NCBI GenBank assembly: GCA_002104945.1
Contig: MCFH01000016.1
Location: 558,001 to 622,000, forward strand
Source of the DNA: Piromyces finnis finn
Lineage: Eukaryota; Fungi; Neocallimastigomycota
Direction: 5' to 3'
Length of the DNA: 64,000 bases
The notes below the pieces were generated by a model. It worked only from the letters and a program-made list of their open reading frames with translations. It was not told where the DNA came from and did no database searches. Of the stretch, positions 20,201 through 37,278 are shown piece after piece. A program made the translations under genes and the position numbers. The first letter of the stretch is position 1. Each line of letters starts with the position of its first letter.

Positions 20201-20541
20201 CGAAGAATAGTTGAAAATAATATTTCATATTTATTATTTTTTTTTTAAAAAAATTTTTTTATATTGTTATAAATAATAATAAAAATTCATATATACTATT
20301 TCCTAAAAAGTAATAATAAATTCGAATAAAAAAAAAAATCATACAAATTAATAAATAAATAAATTTAAAAAAAAAAAATGTTTATAAAACTTATAATATT
20401 TATATTAAATAATAACAATGAAATAGCTTTTTTTTTTTTTTTTTTATTATTGAAAAACGATAAGATAGAATATATATATTTTTTTTTTCCTTTTTCTTTT
20501 TCAATTTTTATATACAAAATCCTTTTTTTTTTTTTTTTTTC

Positions 20542-20741
20542 TTATGCTAAGATACTTCTCATCAAATGACGTTGTAACCGTTCTCTTGATGTTTTTTCAA
20601 TTTCTGCTTCAAACTGTGAATTTTTCTTTACTACAGATAGTAGAGTTTTCTTTGTTAATACAAATACAGAACATGGAGTAATAGCTCTAATGGATGCTGT
20701 TCGTGGAACATCTTCCAATAAAGCAACCTTTTTAAAATAGA

Positions 20742-20840
<99 letters not shown>

Positions 20841-22278
20841 ATAGTAAATACTACTACTACTACTACTACTACTACTAATAATAATAATAATAAAATTTTA
20901 AATATATTATTTTGTTTATTATTTATGGTATATACCTCTCCAAAGTAAACATTAGGTCCTTTAGCAATATCAACTACTTTATTATTCTAAATATATGATA
21001 TTTATAATAATTTATTATATATTAAAGATCATAAATAATATGTTACTATTTTAATAATATATATTAATAATAAAACTTCAATACCTCTGATAAAACTTCA
21101 ATACTTCCATGGGTTAAGAAAAACATACTATATAATTAGATAGAATATTAATAAAAATAAAATAATAAAAAAATTATATTTTTATTCATAATTATTCTTT
21201 TTTCTTTTTACCTTTCTGCATTATCACCACATTTAATTATATAATCATTAGGTTGATAGCTTTCACGAGTCATACCCATGGCTATCTCTTCTAATGTTGA
21301 ATTATCGAAATTATTAAACAAATCAATCTATCAAAAAATAATATAATCGAATATTATTAGATTAAATTTAACCTTAGTAATTGTATATTTAAATAGAATA
21401 TCATGTACCTTTCTAAGATTTTGACAATTTACTTCTAAATCAAATTGTTCCAAATCATCTTGATTCACCATTTTTTCTTGAATTGCTAACATATATCCAT
21501 TAGTACGTTTATTAATACCTAATTGGATTTTTGGATACTTTTCTGAAATTGTGGTGAGAATGTCTTTATTTAATTTTACCAAAAGACTTTTCTCTTTTAT
21601 ACGAATGGATGATGTTCTTTTTATACCTAATAATAATCCAATTTCTCCAAAGAAAGAACCACTAGACATTTCGGCGTGAATCATAACATTACTGTTATTT
21701 ATAGATATATTTTCTTTGTTATTACTATCCTTATAATTTTTATTTTTTCCTTTTTCTTCTTCTTTATTAGCATATGAAAATACCTCAACCGAACCATTTA
21801 AAACACAGTATAAACAGTCTGGTTCATCATCTCTTGAAATAATTATTTGTCCTCGTGGAACCACTTCTGGTTTCATATTTGAAACTAAATCAAATAAGAA
21901 ATTAGTATCTTGATGTTCAAATAATGATATCTAATTTATACAAAAAATATAATAGAGTTATATTTTATCGTTTCATGATTCAATGAGGTTATAAAATTTG
22001 AAAATTATACATATATATAATTTATACATCATTTCATACATATATTATATTGATTTATTATTGATTTTTATTTTTAATGATATATACCATTTTTATTAAA
22101 TAATTATATTAATTTCCATATTATTATAATAAAAATTTTTTAGTATATAATTAATATATATATATATAAGTGTAATTATATAATAATAATAATAATAATA
22201 TTAAATATTTTTTAATATAAAATATTTGATTTTTTTTTATACTTATATATATAAAAATATCCTTATAATTATTGTTAC

Positions 22279-22317
<39 letters not shown>

Positions 22318-23440
22318 TTTGTAAGTATATCAATTGTTAGTTCAATCAAAAATTCGTTATGAAAACTACCAAGTAAATTTCTTGTACCCCAAGCATTTCT
22401 AATACATTTTGTATATATATCTTCTATATTATTTATTAAATTATTAAATTGAGCATAAACCTTTTCATTTTTTTGTAATTCATTTTTTATATCTTCCACT
22501 GATAACCGATATAATTTACAATCCAATGTTGCCTTTACACTTGCAGATCTTTTTTTTCCTATGACCGAAGAAAGTAAACCGAACCAATTTTCTTGATACA
22601 TATTGGCAACTTTATTGTCGAAAAAATCGTATACATAAGCTTCACCTGAAACTAAATAATATAAATAGGGATCGTATTCCCCCTTTTTTATAATATATTG
22701 CCCTTCTTCTACAAATATTTTTTCGACTTTATCATTCAAGGTTGAAATTATTTCTTGGGGTATATTATCAATAAATAATTTTTTCCTTTTTTTTTTTTTT
22801 TTTTTAATTTAAACAATAAAAATAAAAGAAATATAAAGATTAATATTTATTTATAATAAAATTAAAGTTATAAAAAATTATATAAAGTTGTACTTTTTTT
22901 TTTTTATTTTTATTTTATATTCTATATTATTTACTTCATTGATTTTAAAGCTGGGCATATCATCTTATTTTTTTCTAATGCTTCCTCATTTTTGGGCAAT
23001 CCATTAATGGATATTAGAGATTTAAATTTATCCGAATAATTATCTTCTTCATTTGGTGCATTTAGTATATTATCTAATTCTTTTTGAATTTTTTTAAAAT
23101 TTTTGTTCAAGATATTATATTCGTTCACAATATGATTCATAGTCAAGACAAGCTTTTTCTGATGAATACGACATCCTTCTAATTGTTTTGATAATATACG
23201 TAATTTATTAATATCTACCAAGCATTTACCACTTTTATTAATGCTTAACATGGATGAGTTGAAATTAGAATTAAATTTAGGGGAATCATTTTCAATACTA
23301 TTAGATTCTAATAAAGGATTTAAAAAATTGATATCTTTCATATTATCTACATCGCTTTTGTATTGAGTTTTCATGAATTCTATGCCATTGTCATTATTAT
23401 TATTAAAATAGTTTTCTTTTTCTTTTGAAAAACTATCCAT
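20542..23440 (-). CDS. Protein with three cyclic-nucleotide-binding (CNB) domains and an N-terminal coiled-coil-like region; about 7 exons
   Basis: Phosphate-binding-cassette motifs WFGLLSSVIGKKRSASVKA, FFGEIGLLLGIKRTSSIRI and YFGE|VALLEDVPRTASIRA. GT-AG introns join ORFs 22931-23440, 22278-22739, 21331-21876 and small exons down to TAA at 20542-20544. Confidence 0.85.
20743..20842. repeat. Intronic (TAAA)n followed by (CTA)n/(AAT)n
   Basis: Directly visible inside the last intron of the CNB gene. Confidence 0.95.
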
Positions 23441-24563
23441 TTCGTAAAATAATATTTTTATGAATAAAAGTAGTATTATATACTGTATATCTGCTTTTTT
23501 TTAATTTGAAATATTTATTTTATCTATGTTCTATTACTTTAGTTTTTTTTTTTTTCTTTTTGTATTATAATTTTAAATAAAATTAGGAATTAATAACTTT
23601 TCTATTTAGTACTATTAAAAAATAAAAAAATTTCAAATATAAAATTCAAATTTTTTTTATTTTTAATTTTTTATATATTATTAAATAAAGTTTTTGATTG
23701 TACATAATTTTTCCATTTTAATTTTAATTATAGTAAATGAAAATTTTTCCCTAAAATGAATATTTATTAATAATTATCTTTTAAAAATTAAAATATTATA
23801 TAAAAAACCATAGCTATAGTAAGAAATAAAAAAATAAAGTGTTAAAGAAAAACTAGAACTTCATTTATTTAATATATATTTTAAAACAATATTTAATGTT
23901 ATTAGTTTTCTTCTTCAAGGATAAAATGAAATTTAAATATATTATGGATTTTCTTTAATATTTATTTTATATTTTAACTGGAAAGTATAGTAAAATAATT
24001 GAAATCTTAATCACTTTAATAATATATTTACTATATATGTTAGTAATTATAAATAATTTTTAATTTAATAATAAATGAAATGTGATAGTTGAATTCGTTA
24101 ATGATTATGCTATTATCTTAGTATATATGAAGAAAATACAGATGAGTAGAAAAGTAGAATACCTTGCATTTACTGTAATATTAATATATATATATATATA
24201 TATATATACTTGTTACATTTGATAACATATCCCAGAAAAGTAGATATTTAATAGTATAAATATTAATAAAATTTACAATGATTTTGAAAATTTATTTAAT
24301 TTTATAAGATATATTTGTTTTTTTGAAGAGTACATTATATAAATTATATTTTATGATATTATTTTTATTTTATTATATTATTAGGTAAAATAATCTCTTT
24401 TTTTTTTTTTTCTTAAATGAAATAGACATAATACATGCCATTATATTTTATTTATTTACATTTTATATATACATTAAATACTATCTTGTTATTTTTATGT
24501 TCTAATCATCTAAAATCTATAAATATAAAAAAGTTTTTTTTTATAATATATATATAATAGTTA

Positions 24564-25414
24564 TTATTGTATTTTTTTAATTACTTTTGCAGGACTGCCA
24601 ACAGCTACAGAATTATCTTCAATATCTTTTGTTACAATACTTCCTGCACCGACTACTGAATTTTCACCGATAGTAACACCTGGTAAAATAGTTACTCCAG
24701 CACCTATCCAACAATTTTTCTTTAAATGTATTGGTTTACATTTTATAATGTTATGATGTCGTATATCATGGTTATTTGTGATAATTTGAACATTGGCAGC
24801 TAAGATTGAGTTATCTTCAATAGTTATGCCTCCAGTTGCCATAAATAAAGCTCCAGAATTTATAAATACATTATCTCCTATGGTGACATGATCTAAATCA
24901 GAACCTGATACTGGTGTCATCACCATTGAATCTTTCCCAATTTTTCCTCCAAATACTTTATTCATTAGTTTATCATATTTTTCGGTATATGGCATGGTAT
25001 GATTAAATTGATGAATGAGTTGAGCAGATTTTACTCTTTCTTCATATTTCTTTGGTGTTATTTTATTCAAATCAAATTGTTTTTCTTTTATGTTTTTAGT
25101 TGATTTCTTACATAAATTTAATGGATAATAGTAAATCGTATTTTAAAAATGTATTAAAATAAATTTAGTATTGATATATATATATACTGTATTTATTATA
25201 TATTTAAAATAGTATAAATTAAAAGAGTTTATTTTATAAATATATGTTTGTAAATTTTTTAATATTATAAAATATATTTTTATGTCTTTATAGTTAAATT
25301 TACATATTTACGGAGAATGTTGGATTGAAAAACGAAATTTAAAGCATTTAATGGAATAATACTAGTTTTTCTTAAATTATTTACTATGCAGTTTAATTGT
25401 AGTAAACTTGCCAT
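24564..25414 (-). CDS. Hexapeptide-repeat sugar O-acetyltransferase (maltose/galactoside acetyltransferase-like, LbH); proposed 2 exons
   Basis: ORF 24564-25070 has left-handed beta-helix repeats (VTIGDNVFI, ITIEDNSILAANVQIITNNH, WIGAGVTILPGVTIGENSVVGAGSIVTKD, VGSPAK). No in-frame ATG lies upstream within the exon. Proposed exon 1 is 25414-25304 (37 codons, GT donor), with acceptor AG before 25106 in phase 0. Confidence 0.85.
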
Positions 25415-25460
25415 TTTTTTTTTTCTGAAAATGTTTTTTATAAATACTATTCAATTTTTA

Positions 25461-25462
<2 letters not shown>

Positions 25463-25520
<58 letters not shown>
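25463..25520. repeat. (TTA)n microsatellite
   Basis: Directly visible just upstream of the proposed acetyltransferase ATG. Confidence 0.9.
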
Positions 25521-26079
25521 TTTAAAAAAAAGGAAAAATATTTTATTAAAATGGATTATTAAGCAAATCCAATTATATTTTATTTAATAAAAATTTTGGT
25601 AAAAATAATCTTTATCGTATTTAATGAAAAAAGTGTTTTTGTTTGAAAGATATTTTTGAGGGAAAAACGAAGAATAAAATTAAAAAAAAAAAAAAAAGAA
25701 TAAAAAAATTATAGATATTGATATTCTTTATATCTTTTAAAAGTCACTTTTTTTCTTTTTCTAAACCTTATTGTCCTAACAATTTTTTTTAAAGTTTGCT
25801 ATGGTTTTATTAATTAAAAAAATATAAATATTATAAAAAAAAAATGATTGGCTTGTTAATTTAAAATAACATAAAATAAATGAAAACATATCAAATAAAG
25901 AATTTAAAAGTTTTATTTTTTAAAAAAAATAACAAATTATATATCAATATATAATTTCATAAATGTAAATACTAAAGTATTATAAATGTATAAATATGGT
26001 TGAAAGTATAGAATAGAATATTATATATTGGTATGATTTACATATATATTTAAAAAAAAAAAAAAAACGTAGTGATAGA

Positions 26080-27375
26080 ATGAATGAAAAAGTGGAAGAG
26101 ATTATTGATAGAATTATTAAAAATGATATTAAAAATTTGAAAATAACAATTGAAAATAATCCAAAAAATGAAGTTATAAAGTATTATAAGGTATTGTTTG
26201 AAGCAGCTATCAATGTCAATAATCCAATAGTCATAAACCTTTTATATAATTATTTTATGAATAGTCAAAATGTAACTGAAATATTATCAGAATTAGTATT
26301 ATTATTGACAAAGAATGAAAATATCACTTTATTAAAATACATAATAAACAATTTCCTTTATGACAATTCCTGTATACTAAAGTTTTTATTTATGTATAGA
26401 AATAACAAGCCTGTGAATAAAAAGGATTTAATTAATATAATTTTAAAAGAAAAATCTAAATTTGATTGGGATAGAGTAGATGAAGAAGGTGATACATCTT
26501 TAATAATTGCATGTGATAACCAAAATGAAATAATTGCAAAATATTTAATTGAACAAGGTGCAAATATAAATAAAGCTGATTATAATGGTAATACGCCTCT
26601 CATCATTTTTTGTAAAATTGGAAATGTAAATATGGTAGGGTATTTGATAAACCATGGTGCAGATGTAAATATATGTAATAAATGTGGTTATAGACCATTG
26701 CTTATAGCATGTACTAAAAATGATGAAACTCTTGTAAAATGCTTTGTAGAAAATAATGCAGATATAAACAAAGCAGATTATTATGGTAATACTCCTTTAA
26801 TTTATGCTTGTAAAAATGGAAATGAGAATATAATAAAGTACTTGATCGATCATGGTGCTGACATAAATAAATGTGATAGAAATGGTGATACACCTTTAAT
26901 TATTGTTTGTCAAAAGAAAAATGAAGTGGTAGCAAAATATTTAATTCAATGCGGTGCTGATGTTAATAAAGAAAATAATTATGGTTATACTCCATTGATT
27001 ATTGCTTGTAGAAATGAAAATCAAATTATCATTAATTATTTGTTAGAAAACCATGCCAATATAAATAAATCAGATCATAATGGGGATACGCCTTTAATAA
27101 CATCCTGTATTAAAGAAAATGAAGCCATCACAAAATACTTAATTGATAAAAAAGCTGATATAAATAAAGCAGATAATTATGGAAATACACCTTTAATCTA
27201 TTCATGTAAAAATGGGAATAAGGTTATTTCAAAATATTTAATAGATCATGGTGCAGATATTAACAAAAGTAATCATAAAGGTGAAACCCCATACATTATT
27301 TCAAGTAAAAAAGGAAATAGCATGATATTAAATTATTTAATAAAAGTAGACCATTATAGAAACTCACAAGATTAG
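26080..27375 (+). CDS. Ankyrin-repeat protein (about 9 repeats), single exon
   Basis: Repeated G[DN]TPLI..C...N..I.KYLI..GADINK motifs in a 431-aa ORF. Confidence 0.93.
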   Translation: MNEKVEEIIDRIIKNDIKNLKITIENNPKNEVIKYYKVLFEAAINVNNPIVINLLYNYFMNSQNVTEILSELVLLLTKNENITLLKYIINNFLYDNSCILKFLFMYRNNKPVNKKDLINIILKEKSKFDWDRVDEEGDTSLIIACDNQNEIIAKYLIEQGANINKADYNGNTPLIIFCKIGNVNMVGYLINHGADVNICNKCGYRPLLIACTKNDETLVKCFVENNADINKADYYGNTPLIYACKNGNENIIKYLIDHGADINKCDRNGDTPLIIVCQKKNEVVAKYLIQCGADVNKENNYGYTPLIIACRNENQIIINYLLENHANINKSDHNGDTPLITSCIKENEAITKYLIDKKADINKADNYGNTPLIYSCKNGNKVISKYLIDHGADINKSNHKGETPYIISSKKGNSMILNYLIKVDHYRNSQD

Positions 27376-28162
27376 TATTATTATTAATCAGGAATACAGT
27401 AAAAAAAAAAAGGATTAATAAGAAAAAATATTATTTACTAAAATAAAATAAAATAAAATTATTAGTTTTAAAAGTTCAAATGAAATAAATATGTATTTAA
27501 AGACTATTTTAATACTCTATCATTTTAATTATTTACAATTAAAAGTGTTTTTAATGATAAAAAATAAAAAAAAATAAAGTTAATTTAAATATTTTATGTA
27601 AATTCATATATTTTTAAAACAAAAATCATGAAAATATCAAGAAATATATTAACATGAATTAAAAAGGAAAATGATAAGGACTATAGCATTACTTTACATC
27701 TTTTATATTAAGAGTTTTTTTATTTTATTTATATATAGGTTATTTTGTATTAAATCATTTTTATTTAATTATTAATAAAGATACAGCGCATTATAATAAT
27801 TAACAAGATATTATTATTATTATTATTATTATTATTTTTGTAATATTATAAAATAGTTAATATTAAAAAATGAGATTAAAAATTTATTTTATAACTTTTA
27901 TTTTTTTTTTTTTTTACATAATAAATTGGACATTCATAATTTTTTAAAAAAAATACCTAGAATATATAATTAAGATATATTTTTATTAAATATATTATTT
28001 TAATAAATTTTTTTATATATAAAGTAATGTCCAATTTATTATATATGTAAAGATTTTAAAATTTATCAAAAATTTATTCCCATTAAAAAAAAAAAAAAAA
28101 AAAAACTTCCTATAAATAAAAAAATAAACAAATGCATTTTAATTATTATTTCATTTATTATT

Positions 28163-28990
28163 TTAAGAAGACAGGGTGTATTGAGCACAACAAGAACATA
28201 AATCAAAATCACATAAAAAGCATCGATAAGAATAGGTATTTATTTTATTTTTACAATTATCACAATACCTTTCAGTTAGACTTTTTGAATATTCAACTGG
28301 GTGGTTATGTAGTTGACTTATAATTTTACAATTATCCATCCTATTTCCGTCTTTATATATATTATAATACTCAATAATTTTATTCGTGATTGTTCCTTTA
28401 GTTACTGTTCCCTTAGTACAGTTATAACATAAATCATAATCACACAAGGTACAACAATACGAAGGTGTATTTTCATCAAATTTATTCTTACAGTTATCAC
28501 AATACCATGCTATTAAAAAAGTTCTTTTACATGTTAATATATGAGGATGTAAATTACTTAATATTGTATATTCCCATATATTGTCATTTTTTTCATTTAA
28601 CTTTTTTTTAAATAATTCATATCCATTTTTTAACTTTAGATATTCTAATTTATAATATATTGTCTTACATTCTTTTTTATGCTTTTTTATAAAATCATAA
28701 TTAACTTCTTTTCCACATTCACATTCTATTATTAATCTTGATAATAAGTTATTACATATATAAGAGGTAGAAAATTTGTTATTTTTACATCTGTAGGGAC
28801 AATCAGTTAATCCCTTTACACATTCAGCACAAAAACAGTGTTGACATTTATCACATTGAACTGGTTGTCTAATAATTTCTAGACATATTGAACAATTAAC
28901 TAAATCTTTAATACCTTCATAATATTCTTTATTTTTTATATCTTTTTCTTCAACATGTAATAATTCATTATCAATATTCATTGGTTTCAT
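28163..28990 (-). CDS. RING-HC/TRAF-like zinc finger, coiled coil and two C1-like (DC1-type) Cys/His domains, single exon
   Basis: CSICLEIIRQPVQCDKCQHCFCAEC...CPYRC; CECGKEV...HKKEC; HPHIL..WYCDNC..YCCTLCDYDLCYNC; HNHPV..YCDNC..YRCFLCDFDLCSCC. Confidence 0.8.
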   Translation of the reverse strand: MKPMNIDNELLHVEEKDIKNKEYYEGIKDLVNCSICLEIIRQPVQCDKCQHCFCAECVKGLTDCPYRCKNNKFSTSYICNNLLSRLIIECECGKEVNYDFIKKHKKECKTIYYKLEYLKLKNGYELFKKKLNEKNDNIWEYTILSNLHPHILTCKRTFLIAWYCDNCKNKFDENTPSYCCTLCDYDLCYNCTKGTVTKGTITNKIIEYYNIYKDGNRMDNCKIISQLHNHPVEYSKSLTERYCDNCKNKINTYSYRCFLCDFDLCSCCAQYTLSS

Positions 28991-29545
28991 AAATTAAAAT
29001 ATAAATAGAAATGGTTATTTATTAAATATTTTTCTTTATTTAAATAATTTGACAGAGAAAGAAAGAAAGAAAAAAAGAAAAAAAAAAAAACAACTTTTTT
29101 TTTATAGAAATTTTTTTTTTTATAAATTTTAATTTGATAAGAAATCATTCTTTTTGGCTTATTTTATTATTAAAAATTTGCGGAATATATTCCACTTTTT
29201 TTTTTTTTTTTTTTTATTTTTATTTTTTTTTAAAAAAATAATATATATATTTTGTATATTTATAAATAAACTAAACCACTATTATCCATAGAGCCTTATT
29301 AAATTATTTTCAAAAATTTAAAGTGATCATTTTACAAAAATTTTAAATCAAAAAGGTATTATATTAAGAGTATTATTCGTTTAATATTTTAAAAAAATTT
29401 TTTATCAAAAAACTGTCTATTATTTACAATGATAATATAACAATAATAATCCAAAATTAAAATGATAATAATTGAAATGTATATATATACATTTCAATTA
29501 TAAAAAATATTTAATGATAAGAATTTTGATTTTGCTTCAAGATTA

Positions 29546-34043
<4,498 letters not shown>

Positions 34044-34850
34044 TTTCTAAAATAAATTGAATAAATTAATTTAAAAACCAGCCCTTTACTATTTTTAGAA
34101 TGAAATGTGTATGAAAAAGTGAGTATATTTATACATCTATTAAAAATTTAATAAGAATTTAAAATTTAATGTATAATTATTTTTTTTTTTTTTAAAAAAA
34201 AGATATAACTATATTTATATTGTTTTTTAGAGTTTTATTATTTAGCGTTACACAATTTCAAAAAGCAAATAATTATTTCGGTTTAATTAAAAAAAGGAAA
34301 ATTTTAATTTAATGTCAATTACTAATATTAAATAATTAATATACTTTTTAAAGTATGTAAAACAATAAAATTTAATAAGTATTAATTAGATATATACTTT
34401 CATTGTTTTAATTTCAATTATTACTTTAATATTTAAAAGGTAAAGATAGTATTTTTTTTTTCATAAATAATAAAAACAATTATATAAATATATACTGTAA
34501 AATTATTTTTAATTGTTTATTAATATATTTGTTTCATAACATAAGAATAAAAATGTATTTGTTAATATAATAATGGTAAAAAAAAAAAAAAAAAAAAAAA
34601 AAAGATAATAGATCATATATTTATAATTAGTTGTAAAAAGAAATTAAACATTTTAAATTTATAATTATTATGAAACATTTATAAATGCTTATTATACTAT
34701 TTTTAATGTATTTAATATATTTATAAAAAAAATAAATATCTTTTTTTTTTTTTTTTTAACTCATCATTTATAAAGTAGTGTAGTAAACTATTTAGAGATA
34801 GTGAAATTAAATATATTATTTCATGTTTTTTCTTCTTCAATAATTTAAAA

Positions 34851-37278
34851 TTATTTACATATACCATATAAAGATTGACAACCTTTAGCAATTGAACAAA
34901 AAGAAGAAGTATTTCCACAGTATCCTTTTGTACTACAACATTGGAATGAATAACATTTTCCGAAATTAGTACCGCACTTACAATCTCCAAATTCCGATTG
35001 ACATCCGTTAGATGGAGAACAATAGGAGGTTGTTTTACCACAGTAACCTTTTTTACTACAACATCTTCCAGCAGTACAAATACCAGCTGTTGTACCACAT
35101 TTACAATTTCCAAAACTAGATTGACAGCCTTTTGACATATAGCAATAAGAGGAAGTATTACCACAATAACCTTTTTTACTACAACATTGGCCAGTTGGAC
35201 AATTACCAAAATCAGTACCACATTTACAGTCACCAAATTCTGATTGACAACCATTAGATACAGAACAGTAAGCGGAGGTTTTACCACAATATCCTTTCTT
35301 ACTACAACATTGACCTGAAGGGCATTTTCCATAGCTTCCACCACATCTAGTTGAAGTAGTTTTGGATGTTTCACAGTTGCCATTTATTAAGCTATAAAAA
35401 TATTATATATTTATATATTTAAAAAAAAAAAAAAAAAAAAAAAAAGTTTTTTTATTTAATAATATTTAGTTAAATATAAACATAGCATAAAACATAAAAA
35501 TATAATTTACATATCGGTTCCAGAATTCTTAACTTCAGTTGGTGTTGAGGATATACAATTTCCACTTAAATCTCTATATAAATATTAATATAGAAAAATT
35601 CATAAATATCAATAAAATATATACAATTAAAACAAATATCAATTTAAATTATGCAATTTCTTACAAAATATAAAGGTTCAGTATAGTTCCGATTTCCTTT
35701 GGAATATTTAATAATTGATTATTGTTTAAATATCTATTTTATAGATAATTTAATTATACAAAGTTAACATAGTTTATTATTAATATCTTGTAATATTATT
35801 TATGTCTTTTTCTTTCTTATATAAATAATTGATATATATTCGTTTAAAGTGCTCTTTTTACACTTACAAAAATCTAAGTTGAGTTAAATTTCCAATTATA
35901 CTAGGAATTTGAGTTAACTTATTATTACTTAAGTACCTATATAATAAATATTTATATTTATTAACACACACTTTTTTTTTTTTTTTAAAAAAAAAAAGTA
36001 AAATAGAAGTAAAATATTAATAATTAGAATTATTTACAAAAACTTTAATTTCTTCAAATTTCCAATTTCATTTGGTATTTTAGTCAATTGATTAGCTTTT
36101 AATCCTCTATAATAATACATATAATAAATAAAAATGTATTGTTAATTTATTTATCGAATATATTCCTTTTTATTATTTATCATAAATTACATTTGTTAAA
36201 TTTTATTTTTTTTTTTTATTATTCATTTCGATAATTTATACTTACAAGGAATAAAGATTTGTTAAAGATTTTATTTCTACTGGAATTGAAGTTAATTGAT
36301 TATTATTTAAATCTCTACGATAATTTTATCGTATAGTTTCATATATATATATATTTATGCATAAAATTTCAATATTAAAATATATAAATTCTTATATTTA
36401 AATAAAAAGTTTATTCTTTATTAATAGTGATAATTTTACAATTCTTGGAGTGAGGTTAAATTTCCAATTTCAGTAGGAAGGGAAGTTAATTTGTTGTTAT
36501 TTAAATATCTGTAAAAAATTTTTTTGTTTATAAATTGAGATTTATTTATGTTTTATATTACTACAATAAAAAAAAATAAAAAAAATGAACATTAATATAA
36601 TAAGAATATTTACAAGTATTGAAGTTTTTTTAAATTTCCAATTTCTTTTGGGATTTCACTCAATTGATTGTTATGTATATATCTATTACATTTCATGGAT
36701 AAGAATTAATTATGTATAATTAAATTATTGTATAAAATTTTAATAAAATTATAATAATTCATTTATATCTACAATTTTTGAAGATTGGTTAAATTTCCAA
36801 TATCTTTTGGTAGAGTTGTTATTTTATTGTTACTCAAATCTCTATTTTTAATAAATAACAGTAATTATTTTTAATATATATATCTTTAAATTCATGTAGA
36901 AAAAAAGATCTTTTATTTTTTTTCAGATTTAATACGCCAAAAAAAAAAAAAAAAGGATAAAAGTATATACTTACAAAGCTTTTAATGTATTTACTTTAAA
37001 CACCAATGATGGTACACTACTTAAACTTCCTTCTTTGAACATTCTATTAAAAATTTATTATATTTAATATATAAATGGAATTATTTCTAATATCTCTTAA
37101 TATTTTCAAATATATATTTATTTTATAATTATAATATTACTTACAACCAAATAGCATTTGAACTTTCTTCTTCGCAATACTCCAAACTACTACCAAATTG
37201 TGTTTGTAATTCATTACAAGAATAAGCAATTGTAAGAGAAATATACAAACAAAAAGCTATAATATTTTTAGTAATCAT
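34851..37278 (-). CDS. Secreted LRR protein (9 LRR exons) with 4 hevein/CBM18 domains
   Basis: MITKNIIAFCLYISLTIAYSC signal exon; eight 72-nt and one 63-nt phase-2 LRR exons; last exon ~35394-34851 encodes four CBM18 repeats ending CQSLYGICK*. Confidence 0.92.

Noticed and set aside
34721-35383. 220-aa Val-rich ORF
   Set aside because: Alternate frame of the CBM18 exon of LRR gene 2.
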